A DNA stretch of 32,352 bases from a virus. The position numbers and the translations under genes were made by a program. The notes beneath the pieces were generated by a model that made no database searches, was not told the origin of the DNA, and saw only the letters and a list, made by a program, of their open reading frames with translations. Positions 21,949-30,138 of this stretch are shown here, piece by piece. Position 1 is the stretch's first letter, and each line of letters begins with the position of its first letter. The stretch lies in IMG/VR virus record IMGVR_UViG_3300045591_000053, positions 1-32,352 of that record; one strand, 5' to 3'.

Positions 21949-22851
21949 TTAGCCTATAAGGAAGCACGGGCGCGGGCGCACCCACTCACCCGTCGGCACG
22001 TAGCCGTCGGCAATGCCGGCGCTGTCGACATAGCACGCGTGAGACGCGGAACCACCAGCCACCGAACGGAGCCACCAATCGGCACGGTCGCCATTCAGGC
22101 GCTTTGCCGTGCTGTCAAAGATGGGAAAGTGGCAGTCGAACCCGACGGAATAGCCCTTGGTTCCCCAAACGCACTGACCATAGACTTCTGTTTCCGAAAG
22201 TGACCAAACCTTGCCTAGATCCTGCCAACTCCAACCAGCGGATTCGGTAAGCTTCGTGCTAGACGAATAGCGCTCTTCGAGCAGTACGCGTTGCGTCATA
22301 AGCACGTTGCGCAAGGCTGAAGGAAGCGCCGGCAAGAAGTCGTTGATCTCCCAGTCGTGCAGCTTTGAAACAAGATATGGGTTCTTCACGTCGGCGGTTC
22401 CGTTGTTGTCGTTGGTGTCTCGCCAATGGATATAGCTGTTGTTCACGGCTTTAGCGCCTTGCACGGCAACTGTTGCCCTCGGAACAAAGGCGATATGATG
22501 CCCTTTCGGCTGGTCGCCGCACTGATAATACGGGTCAATCGCCGCGATTTGATAGCGCACCGTCTGCGCCGGAACGTTGGTAGTGGCGGAAACGGGTACG
22601 TCCATGTAATCCCCGATGCGCAAGCCGGTGAAGTTGCCCGCCTTTGCGCGTGATTGCAGCCACGCATAGACGTTGGACGTTCCAATCTCGCCCGCGAACG
22701 CATCGGCAAGCGAACGTCCGCCGTATGTCCCCGCGATCACTTGCCGGTCGTATTCCTCGGCTGCTGTAACCGCCGCCGCCGTGGCTCTTGCCGCCGTGTC
22801 CTTCAGGTCATACGCCGTGCCGTTGATTGAAAGCTTTGAAAGGTCAGCCAT
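21949..22851 (-). CDS. DGR target protein: tail fibre / receptor-binding protein with a C-terminal C-type-lectin-like (DUF1566-like) variable domain
   Basis: 300 aa, immediately downstream of the BppU-like gene. The C-terminus ...RADWWLRSVAGGSASHACYVDSAGIADGYVPTGEWVRPRPCFLIG is encoded by the VR. Confidence 0.85.
   Translation of the reverse strand: MADLSKLSINGTAYDLKDTAARATAAAVTAAEEYDRQVIAGTYGGRSLADAFAGEIGTSNVYAWLQSRAKAGNFTGLRIGDYMDVPVSATTNVPAQTVRYQIAAIDPYYQCGDQPKGHHIAFVPRATVAVQGAKAVNNSYIHWRDTNDNNGTADVKNPYLVSKLHDWEINDFLPALPSALRNVLMTQRVLLEERYSSSTKLTESAGWSWQDLGKVWSLSETEVYGQCVWGTKGYSVGFDCHFPIFDSTAKRLNGDRADWWLRSVAGGSASHACYVDSAGIADGYVPTGEWVRPRPCFLIG
21958..22086 (-). repeat. DGR variable repeat (VR), 129 bp, codons 256-298 of the target gene
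   Basis: Differs from the TR at 16 positions. All are A in the TR coding strand (T on the plus strand as given). Confidence 0.95.
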
Positions 22852-22860
22852 GATACCCCC

Positions 22861-23556
22861 TTATTTGAGCGTTGCCGTCTCGCCGCTCATGCTCGCCTTC
22901 GTGAGCGTGAGCGTTTCGCCCGCAATGCCGGTCATGCGGTTTGCGGGCGCGAATGCGGTTTCGTCTATTACTACGTACTTGTCCTGAAGCTCTGCTAATG
23001 CCGTCGCGAGAACGGCGTTTGACTGCTTTAGCGCCACCACCGAATCGCCGGAAGCCGGCATCGATGCCGCAAGGCTGTTGGCGTTGGTGATTGCCGTCTC
23101 GACGCGTTGGGCGGCGTTGTTCGCCGCGTTTACGGCGGCGCTTCCACGGTTGATTAGGCTGTCTATTGCATCGTCATAGCTTTGCGCGGGTTTCTGTCCG
23201 GCGGTAGCGCTCCTTAGAATCTCGATTGCGAAACGCTCGGTCGAATAGCGCGTGTTGCCCTTCTCGAACGTGAAATAGGCTTCGTCTGTGTATCCGGCAA
23301 TCTGGCAAAGCTTGCTTTCGTCCACGGTTACCGTGGCGGCGTTGCCGGACACGGTAGCCGCCGCGCGGTAGTAGCTCGCTCGGTCTGGCAGAAGCACTTC
23401 AAGGTATGCCATGAAGCCCGACAACGTGACCTCGCCGCCGCCATCGTAGACAAGCGCCTTGATGGTCGTTCCGCCCTTGTCGCCCTGACCGACGCGCAAA
23501 AGGTTTGTGCCCAAGCCTTCCTTGCTTAGGTCAAGCTCTATCGTCTGCGTGTTCAC
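22861..23556 (-). CDS. Baseplate upper protein-like (BppU N-terminal domain) tail fibre anchor
   Basis: MNTQTIELDLSKEG...LRVGQGDKGGTTIKALVYDGG matches my memory of the BppU_N pattern, followed by an Ala/Asn-rich coiled coil. Lies between Tal and the receptor-binding protein. Confidence 0.55.
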   Translation of the reverse strand: MNTQTIELDLSKEGLGTNLLRVGQGDKGGTTIKALVYDGGGEVTLSGFMAYLEVLLPDRASYYRAAATVSGNAATVTVDESKLCQIAGYTDEAYFTFEKGNTRYSTERFAIEILRSATAGQKPAQSYDDAIDSLINRGSAAVNAANNAAQRVETAITNANSLAASMPASGDSVVALKQSNAVLATALAELQDKYVVIDETAFAPANRMTGIAGETLTLTKASMSGETATLK

Positions 23557-23996
23557 TCGGCATCGCCACCCTGCACGATCTCTTTCAGCGCGGCAAGGGC
23601 TGCGTTGAAGGCGTCTTCGGGCGTGACCTTCTTAGCCGCCTTGCGTGCCTTGTGCTTTGTGCTTGTCCCAGTTTCGGGCGTGCTTGTCCCATCTGACGCC
23701 GTGGTTGTCCCAGACGTGGGAAAGACAGCGGAACCCAGCGCGTCGAAAACGTCAATGACGGCTTGCAAGCGGTCATCTACGTATTCGGGCTTAACAAGCG
23801 ATACGTCGCCGCCTTCGGCTGCTTCGGGCGGCACAACGTCCGTGTATTCCACGATCTCGCGGTTCCCGTTAATGTCCTGCCTGATGAAGACGATTCCCGC
23901 ATCACGAGCCTGCTTCAGCAACGCTTGGTCGAACTCCGTTACCTGCGCTTCGGTCATCGCCAATGGGTCGTGCGCAACGTAAATGTATGGTGTCAT
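23553..23996 (-). CDS. Hypothetical tail-module protein
   Basis: 147-aa ORF coupled to its neighbours. Thr/Ser-rich linker. No motif recognised. Confidence 0.45.
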   Translation of the reverse strand: MTPYIYVAHDPLAMTEAQVTEFDQALLKQARDAGIVFIRQDINGNREIVEYTDVVPPEAAEGGDVSLVKPEYVDDRLQAVIDVFDALGSAVFPTSGTTTASDGTSTPETGTSTKHKARKAAKKVTPEDAFNAALAALKEIVQGGDAE

Positions 23997-24008
23997 AAGC
24001 TCCCCTTA

Positions 24009-25961
24009 TCATGTGTCGACGGTGCCATAGGACGTGCATAGCCCGTTCATGAACTCCAAGTAGAACGTGCCGTAATGCCAACCGACGGTGCCGTTTCCGG
24101 CGTCGTGAATCTCGCTGATGATTGGCTGCGATATTTTCCCGGTGTGGCAGATGGTCGCGACAACGCTTGTGTTGGCGCTTGTCGAAACCGCTATTTCGGG
24201 CGCACTCATGCGGATGCCGCGTTCTGCCTGAAGCTGCAACCCTCTGTATTGCTCGCCGGTCGCGATGTTCCGGAAGTGCCCCGAATAGTCGATGAACCCG
24301 ATTTGCGAACCGTTCTCCCAGCCCTGCACCTGTCCGCTGATAAGCTTCAGCATGTTTGACGTATAGCCGCACGTGAAGTTGCCGCTTACCGTCGCGTTGT
24401 CGGCGGTCATGTAATGAGCCGACATATAGCGCGTTGTGAGCGTGCCGTTTGTCAAGTCCCACTTGTTGCGCCCTAGGTTGTCTGTGAGCAACCCGGCGCG
24501 GATGCGGTCAGCCCGCATAGTCCCCGCATTGATAAGGTCGGCGGTGACGCTCGCGCCGGTTATAAACGTCTTCCAGTTCCATTGCCCATAGCTTGTTAGG
24601 CTCGACGCAAGGCGTATTCCGCGCCCTGATATGTTCACAGCCCACATGCTAGACGTGCTGCGAACCGGCAAGCCCGTTTTCGCGTTGAGCGGAACGTTGC
24701 TGTAGATCGTGCCAAGCTCGAACGTCTCGACCTTGTAGGTTCCAACCGCGTTGAATTGGTCGTTAAGCGCGGCTTGCAGCTCGACAAGCCAACTCACCGA
24801 CGCGCCCGCCACGGCGTCATAGGTCGCCGCCGCAAGGCTTCGCGCCTTCAGCGATTGGCTGACCGACTGCCACATGTCCGCCATGCTGTCTTGCAGGTTT
24901 CCGAACGTAACGTCTGCGTCGCCTGTCAATAGGTCGCGTTCGAGCTGTGACACGCGCCCCGTAAGGCGCACGCCCGATTCGCTGAATCCCTTGTCGATGA
25001 TTGCCACGCGGTCGCCGATGCCGACGCCCTCCCAGTCGCGCCCAAAAGCGTAAAGGTCTATGACGCTCGCTTCGTAGCTGACCTTCGGTTCCGAAACCTC
25101 TTTGAGATACGCCCTAGTCTCTTTGAGAAGTTGGGCGGCATCCTCGCACTGCTCGTTAACGTAGCTCGTGCAAGCCGGTAAGATCTCGCCGTTTGCGCCG
25201 GGATGCCCCCACACCTTCGTTGCCGCCGAATCCTCGACGTAAGACCTACCGCCGTTGATGCTCGCGAACGTCAAGCGCCGCCCATATCCGCCGCTTTCAG
25301 TCTCAACGCCCTTGCCGAAACCGTAGACGCGCGTTTTTGGGTTGTCGCTCGAAACCTTGCGCTTGATGGTCTTAATGTCCTTAGTCCACGTGAAGCGCTT
25401 AGGGCTGTTCAGGTCGCCGCGCAAGCGGCGCACGCCGACGCGGCGGGCGACAACCTCAGAACCGTTGGTGACGATGGTTGTCTCAAGCTCGCCGCCCCAT
25501 GCGTCCAGAATGTCGGAGATTGATTCGCGGGCGCTCTGATGGTAGAGAACGACGCTTGCGCTTGTGGCAAGGTCGCACGTGCCAACCGTCCAGCGCGTGC
25601 CGTTGAGCACGCTTTGAAGCGCAACGGCAACCTGACCCGACGGGCGCTTGTCATCCGTCCAATCGTCCCAAAGCTCGGCTATCGAGTTAACGCCCGTGAA
25701 AGTGGTTTCTAGCGTCCCATCCTCGCCATGCTCGCGCTCCACGTCATCAACGATGTGCTCATGCGCGATGCCTTGGTTGTCAATCCATACGATGTAATCG
25801 CCCTTGTTAACGTCATCGCTGCACGTGACCTTCAGTTCGTCCGTCCCGTCCAGCGCTTCGGTATGCTTTGCGCTCGTCACGTGCAAGCGTCCAAGGTTCA
25901 CGCCGAATCTCGTAAACCGCGTGAAGCCGATTCGCCTAACTATAGCCATCGTTCCCACCAT
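24009..25961 (-). CDS. Tail-associated lysin-like / minor structural protein (Tal; prophage tail endopeptidase family N-terminus)
   Basis: 650 aa, directly after Dit. The N-terminal region resembles the siphovirus Tal family. The start may be 25949 (MAIVRR). Confidence 0.7.
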   Translation of the reverse strand: MVGTMAIVRRIGFTRFTRFGVNLGRLHVTSAKHTEALDGTDELKVTCSDDVNKGDYIVWIDNQGIAHEHIVDDVEREHGEDGTLETTFTGVNSIAELWDDWTDDKRPSGQVAVALQSVLNGTRWTVGTCDLATSASVVLYHQSARESISDILDAWGGELETTIVTNGSEVVARRVGVRRLRGDLNSPKRFTWTKDIKTIKRKVSSDNPKTRVYGFGKGVETESGGYGRRLTFASINGGRSYVEDSAATKVWGHPGANGEILPACTSYVNEQCEDAAQLLKETRAYLKEVSEPKVSYEASVIDLYAFGRDWEGVGIGDRVAIIDKGFSESGVRLTGRVSQLERDLLTGDADVTFGNLQDSMADMWQSVSQSLKARSLAAATYDAVAGASVSWLVELQAALNDQFNAVGTYKVETFELGTIYSNVPLNAKTGLPVRSTSSMWAVNISGRGIRLASSLTSYGQWNWKTFITGASVTADLINAGTMRADRIRAGLLTDNLGRNKWDLTNGTLTTRYMSAHYMTADNATVSGNFTCGYTSNMLKLISGQVQGWENGSQIGFIDYSGHFRNIATGEQYRGLQLQAERGIRMSAPEIAVSTSANTSVVATICHTGKISQPIISEIHDAGNGTVGWHYGTFYLEFMNGLCTSYGTVDT

Positions 25962-26677
25962 TCCAGAACCGCCGAACCGCTGCTAAGCCGCAACTTGGTT
26001 CGTCCCTCGATGGTGAAGAAGTCTGAATCAAGCGTCACGGCGGCAAGGTTGCCGTTGACGGTCGCGTGCTCTTGCGCCATGTCCACGCGCACGGTGCTTG
26101 AACTCGTGACGCTCGACGCAAGCTTGACTTCCTCGCCCGTGTCGATGTTCTGCACGTACCAAGCGGCGCTAGACGCGGGCTTTGCCGTGATGTGCAGGTG
26201 CGTTGGTCTGTCGCCGCCGGCGTTTACCGTGAACGTGCCCGCTGACACATCGACGCGGCGCTTGCGCCCATAGAAGAACGGGTTGCCTATGTGGAAGGTG
26301 ATTGTCGTTGAAGGGCTGCTGTCCGTGATCTCGCCAAGGTCTGTGTCGCCCTTGACGATTGCCAGAAGGTAGCGCGTCGGGTCATCGGGAAGGTAAAGCG
26401 GCGCTGGTTCGGTCGTGCAAAGCATCTGCGCAAGCGCGTGCCGAACCGTTGCCGCGTCCCTTCTGTCATCGCTCCTAAGCCAAACGTCTACGGGCAAGTC
26501 ATACCCGCTGAAGTAGGCGCTCTTGAAAATCTCGCCGTCGCTGCCGCTGACGCTCTCGAACGTCGCGTCAACGGGCGGCATTATAGGGCGATTCACCTTG
26601 CATGAGACAAGGGCGCTAAGGTCGTGCCCGTTGAACTTCAGGCGGTCTGTCTGCGCCCTCTGCTGCTTACGTTGCAA
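25940..26677 (-). CDS. Distal tail protein (Dit)
   Basis: 245 aa, immediately after the tape measure. Canonical position and size. Confidence 0.7.
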   Translation of the reverse strand: MQRKQQRAQTDRLKFNGHDLSALVSCKVNRPIMPPVDATFESVSGSDGEIFKSAYFSGYDLPVDVWLRSDDRRDAATVRHALAQMLCTTEPAPLYLPDDPTRYLLAIVKGDTDLGEITDSSPSTTITFHIGNPFFYGRKRRVDVSAGTFTVNAGGDRPTHLHITAKPASSAAWYVQNIDTGEEVKLASSVTSSSTVRVDMAQEHATVNGNLAAVTLDSDFFTIEGRTKLRLSSGSAVLEWWERWL

Positions 26678-29414
26678 CGCTCACACCCCTTTGCTTTAGC
26701 TTGCTTGCGATGCCCAAGCCGATTTGCTGCCCGGTCTGGTATGCGTCCATGCTGCCCGCCACCGTGGCGTTGACCTCAACAGCCACGTTGACTTGCTGCC
26801 CCTGCTGGTTCGAGAACGCGCGGTTTACGGCGCGTTCTATGAAGTTCCACAGCTGCTTTTCTGGTGCCGCGAACTCGCCGCCGCTCTCGCCGATGCCGAT
26901 GATTGAAGGCTTGTCGAAATAGCCGCCTTTGGCGTACCAATCGACGCCGATTGAAGGCAGGCTGAAATGCGCCGGATCTAGGTTGAAGCCGCCGCTTACC
27001 TTGAAGTGCGGCAAGTTGATGTGCGGCAACTGAATGCGAATGCTGCTGAAGGCATTCATGATCTTGCTTGGTATGCCGCTGATGAAGTTCCAAGCGTCCT
27101 GAATCTTGCTCGTAATGGCGTTTCTCACGCCGTCAAAGACGCCCGCAACCTTGGTGCCAAGACCGGGGAAGCCAAGCTTTGCGCCGATGTTGTCGGCGAT
27201 GTTGATAGCCGCTTGCCGCGCCGCGTCCATCTTGCCTTGAATGTTGTCCCTGATAGCTCCAAACGCGTTTCCTGCGTCCGTTAGCGCCGTTGACCAATCG
27301 CCGCTCATTGCCGCTTGCAGTGCGCCCGCCGCCGAACTCGCCACGGTCTGCGCCGTGCTCATGTCGCCTTGCACGGTCTGACCGATTGCGGAAAACGCCG
27401 TCTGCGTGTTGGTGGTCAGATTGCCCCACCATGTGGAGACGGCATCGACGGCACCTTGCGCAAGCCCGCCCACGGTGTCTTGTATGCCCTGCCAAGCGGT
27501 GGAAGCGCCATCTTGTATGGCAGTCCACGTGTCCGACGCGCCTTGCTTCAGCGCGTCCCACTTCTCGCCCACGCCATCGACAAAGCCTTGCACGGCACCG
27601 GTTACGCTGTCCCAGATGCCTTGCCAGAACGCGGGCACGCCGGCAAAGAAGTCTTGCACCGCCTGCCACTTCTCGGAAATCCAGCCCGTGAACTCTGCCC
27701 ACAGCTGCTTGCCCGTCTCGGTCTGCGTGAAGAACCACACAAGACCTGCAACGACGGCGGCGATTCCGGCAACGACAAGCACCCATGGGTTAGCCATGAG
27801 AACCGACGTTAGCCCGCTGAAAGCGCCGCTGACCTTTCCAGCCGCGCCCGTAAGCGTCGTGCCGAACTTTGCCACGTTCTGAAACGTCGTGCCGATGTTG
27901 TCTGCTGCTTGCATAGCCTTGCCGATGCCGCTTGTAAGCCCGCCAAAGGCGATGCCGCCAAGTACGACGTTAGCGGCAAGCTGCTGTTGCGCCGGTGAAA
28001 GACCGTCCCAGACCTCCTTCAGCTTGTCGGCAACCTCAGCCGCCTTCTGAACCGCCGGCAACAGCGTGTCCAGAATGTCCGCACCAAGCTCAGCGCCCGA
28101 AATCTGAAGCGCGTGAAGGCTCTCCTTCATCTTGTCGGGCGCGTCCTCGGTGCCCTCGAAGGTGTCATCGACGGCGGTTGCGTAGTCATCAAGCGAACCG
28201 CCCAGCGCGTCTAGGTTCACGCGCCCCGATTCGGCGGCGTCAACGAAAGCCATTGCGGATTTGGACCCGAAAAGGTCTATTGCGTCCTGCGTCGCTTGCG
28301 CCTGCGTCGCCGGGTCTTGAAGCCGCTTCGTTAGGTCTTGCAGCGTCGTGCCTAGGTCTTTCCCAGATGCGGCGCAATTGGCGGATGCCTTCTTCAAGCC
28401 CGTCAACATCTGGTCTGCGGGAATGCCGGCGGCTTCAAAGCTCCCAAGCAGCGCCGCCGAATCCTGAATGCTAAGCCCCATGTCGCGGAAGGTCGCGCCG
28501 TTGGCGTTCACGTCCGCCATGAGCGTTTGAACGTCTATGCCGGTCTGCTGTGAAACCGTTTGGAACATGCCCAGCACGTCGCCGGCTTGTGAGCTGTCAA
28601 CGCCGAACGCCTGCATAGCCATTGACGCATCTTCACAAGCGGTTGTCACGTCAACGCCGGTGTTCTCCGAAAAGCGCAAGAACTGAAGCGATGTGCTTTC
28701 CAGCTGTTCGCCGGTAAGACCGAACCGCGTTGAAACCTCGCCAACCGCCGTGCCGATCTCTTCCATGGATGCGGAAGACTGCTTGGCTACGTTCTCGAAA
28801 GACTGGTTGAGCTGTTCGGCGGCTTCCCCCGTCGCGCCCGTCTTCTGAATGACGGTATCCGCGCCGGCGTCTACCTCGTTGAAGGCTGCAACCGCGCCGC
28901 CGGCAACGGCGGTGCTCGCGCCCATGATGATATTGCCCACGGCTTCAACGCGCTTGCCGTGCTCTTCCCACTTGTCGGCGTTGTCCTTCAGCGATTGCCC
29001 AAGCTGGTATATCTTCGTTTGCGATGCTTCAAGCTCGGTGCTTGTCGCCTTTATCTTGTCGCCGTAAGAATCAAGCTGCGATTCGCACTCAATGATTGAG
29101 CGCTTCAGGGAATCGTATTGCCTTTCTTCCTCTTCGGTGAGCTTCGCGCCGCTCTGCTTCTTTTCCTCTAGCGTCGCCAAGGCTTGCTTGTAGGCATCAA
29201 GCCTTTGTTCCGTCTCTTGGTAAGCCGCGTTAAGCGTCTTGACCTTCTGCGAAAGAAGCTCTGTGTTGCCGGGATTGAACTTCAGCGCCTTGTTAATCTC
29301 TCTCAGGTCGCTTTGCGTGTCGCGCGATGCCTTCTGAACCTTCTTCAAGGCGCCTTGAAGCTCGGTCGTGTCGCCGCCGAACTTGATAACAAGACCCTTG
29401 TAGCTAACCGCCAT
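26667..29414 (-). CDS. Tape measure protein
   Basis: 915 aa. N-terminal coiled coil, Ala/Gly-rich helical repeats, internal TM segment (WVLVVAGIAAVVAGLVWFF), and repeated W/Q/G motifs. Confidence 0.9.
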   Translation of the reverse strand: MAVSYKGLVIKFGGDTTELQGALKKVQKASRDTQSDLREINKALKFNPGNTELLSQKVKTLNAAYQETEQRLDAYKQALATLEEKKQSGAKLTEEEERQYDSLKRSIIECESQLDSYGDKIKATSTELEASQTKIYQLGQSLKDNADKWEEHGKRVEAVGNIIMGASTAVAGGAVAAFNEVDAGADTVIQKTGATGEAAEQLNQSFENVAKQSSASMEEIGTAVGEVSTRFGLTGEQLESTSLQFLRFSENTGVDVTTACEDASMAMQAFGVDSSQAGDVLGMFQTVSQQTGIDVQTLMADVNANGATFRDMGLSIQDSAALLGSFEAAGIPADQMLTGLKKASANCAASGKDLGTTLQDLTKRLQDPATQAQATQDAIDLFGSKSAMAFVDAAESGRVNLDALGGSLDDYATAVDDTFEGTEDAPDKMKESLHALQISGAELGADILDTLLPAVQKAAEVADKLKEVWDGLSPAQQQLAANVVLGGIAFGGLTSGIGKAMQAADNIGTTFQNVAKFGTTLTGAAGKVSGAFSGLTSVLMANPWVLVVAGIAAVVAGLVWFFTQTETGKQLWAEFTGWISEKWQAVQDFFAGVPAFWQGIWDSVTGAVQGFVDGVGEKWDALKQGASDTWTAIQDGASTAWQGIQDTVGGLAQGAVDAVSTWWGNLTTNTQTAFSAIGQTVQGDMSTAQTVASSAAGALQAAMSGDWSTALTDAGNAFGAIRDNIQGKMDAARQAAINIADNIGAKLGFPGLGTKVAGVFDGVRNAITSKIQDAWNFISGIPSKIMNAFSSIRIQLPHINLPHFKVSGGFNLDPAHFSLPSIGVDWYAKGGYFDKPSIIGIGESGGEFAAPEKQLWNFIERAVNRAFSNQQGQQVNVAVEVNATVAGSMDAYQTGQQIGLGIASKLKQRGVSVAT

Positions 29415-29505
29415 GCCTTCACCCCTCTTCGGTTGTCAAAGTCCGTGAGCGTTTCAAGCACCGCGCCCACCTTCCGGCGGGTGCGGTGTTGTGAAGCGTT
29501 CATGA

Positions 29506-29751
29506 TCAGCCCCAGAACGCCGCTTCTGCCTTGCGTGCCTTCTCGTCATCCTCGTAGTTAGCCGCCGCGTCCGCATAGAACGCGTGTATTTCCAGCAGGT
29601 CTTTGACCTGCCTATAGCTAAGCTGCTGTAGGTCGGTGACGGTCAGCCCGCATTGCTGGCAGTCATACAGATAGCGGGCGTCGCAAGCGTCGCTAAGACT
29701 GCTTGGAAGCGGCGGCGCGGGTCTTTTTGGCGGTCTTGGGTGCCACTCCAT
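29506..29751 (-). CDS. Tail assembly chaperone frameshift extension (T-like part of a G/GT pair)
   Basis: Overlaps the 3' end of 29693..30124 in the +1 frame. That frame is open upstream through the T6 and A5 runs. Confidence 0.55.
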   Translation of the reverse strand: MEWHPRPPKRPAPPLPSSLSDACDARYLYDCQQCGLTVTDLQQLSYRQVKDLLEIHAFYADAAANYEDDEKARKAEAAFWG

Positions 29752-30124
29752 GGGATGCTGAAGGAAAAAAGTTGTCTTCTACAATCTTGATCACGTCAGC
29801 CGCCCAACCGTCCCCCTTCTGAAGGTCGAACGTTCCAGCTGGCAAAGACTTGACCCAATCGCCGAACGGCACGTCAAACTTTGGCGTCGCCGTCTTGATG
29901 CACGCATAAAGGATTTCTAGCAGCGGTGCCATTGCCGGCACTCCGTAGGACTGCAAGGAATCGGCAAGCAGCCCAACGGATTCGTTAATGTCCTTCGGGC
30001 GATAAATGCCCGTGGGCTTCCCGTTGGCGTCAAGCTTCTGCACCGTGAAGCAGCGTGAGAAGACAATCGGCGTGAAGCCGTTGAAAGCCGCTTCATACTC
30101 GGTTTCACCAATCTTGATTACCAT
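29693..30124 (-). CDS. Tail assembly chaperone (G-like)
   Basis: 143 aa, between the major tail protein and the tape measure. Confidence 0.7.
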   Translation of the reverse strand: MVIKIGETEYEAAFNGFTPIVFSRCFTVQKLDANGKPTGIYRPKDINESVGLLADSLQSYGVPAMAPLLEILYACIKTATPKFDVPFGDWVKSLPAGTFDLQKGDGWAADVIKIVEDNFFPSASHGVAPKTAKKTRAAASKQS

Positions 30125-30138
30125 TCGTTACCCGCCTT

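Larger units (their letters stand above)
20091..22851 (-). mobile_element. Diversity-generating retroelement (DGR): target gene with VR, then avd, then TR, then RT
   Basis: All four canonical parts are present and co-oriented. See the individual features below. Confidence 0.95.

Noticed and set aside
23902-24462. 186-aa Arg/His-rich minus-strand ORF, and 27133..27786 (217 aa, Arg-rich), in alternative frames of the Tal and tape measure genes.
   Set aside because: Alternative-frame shadows inside long, well-supported structural genes, with composition typical of off-frame GC-rich sequence.
19576-26677. Looked for a second VR-like copy of the TR in other tail and adhesin genes (Tal, Dit, BppU-like, CBM5/12 protein).
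   Set aside because: I saw no other occurrence of the conserved TR core (ccaccagccaccgaacggagccacc or its complement) outside 21321..21449 and 21958..22086. This DGR appears to have a single target in this genome. The scan was by eye only.
29459-29488. Imperfect 13-bp-stem hairpin (caccgcgcccacc-ttcc-ggcgggtgcggtg) between the chaperone extension and the tape measure start.
   Set aside because: It has two non-Watson-Crick positions and no U-tract, and it sits inside a tightly coupled structural operon. Not convincing as a terminator. It may merely modulate translation, and I cannot support a call.
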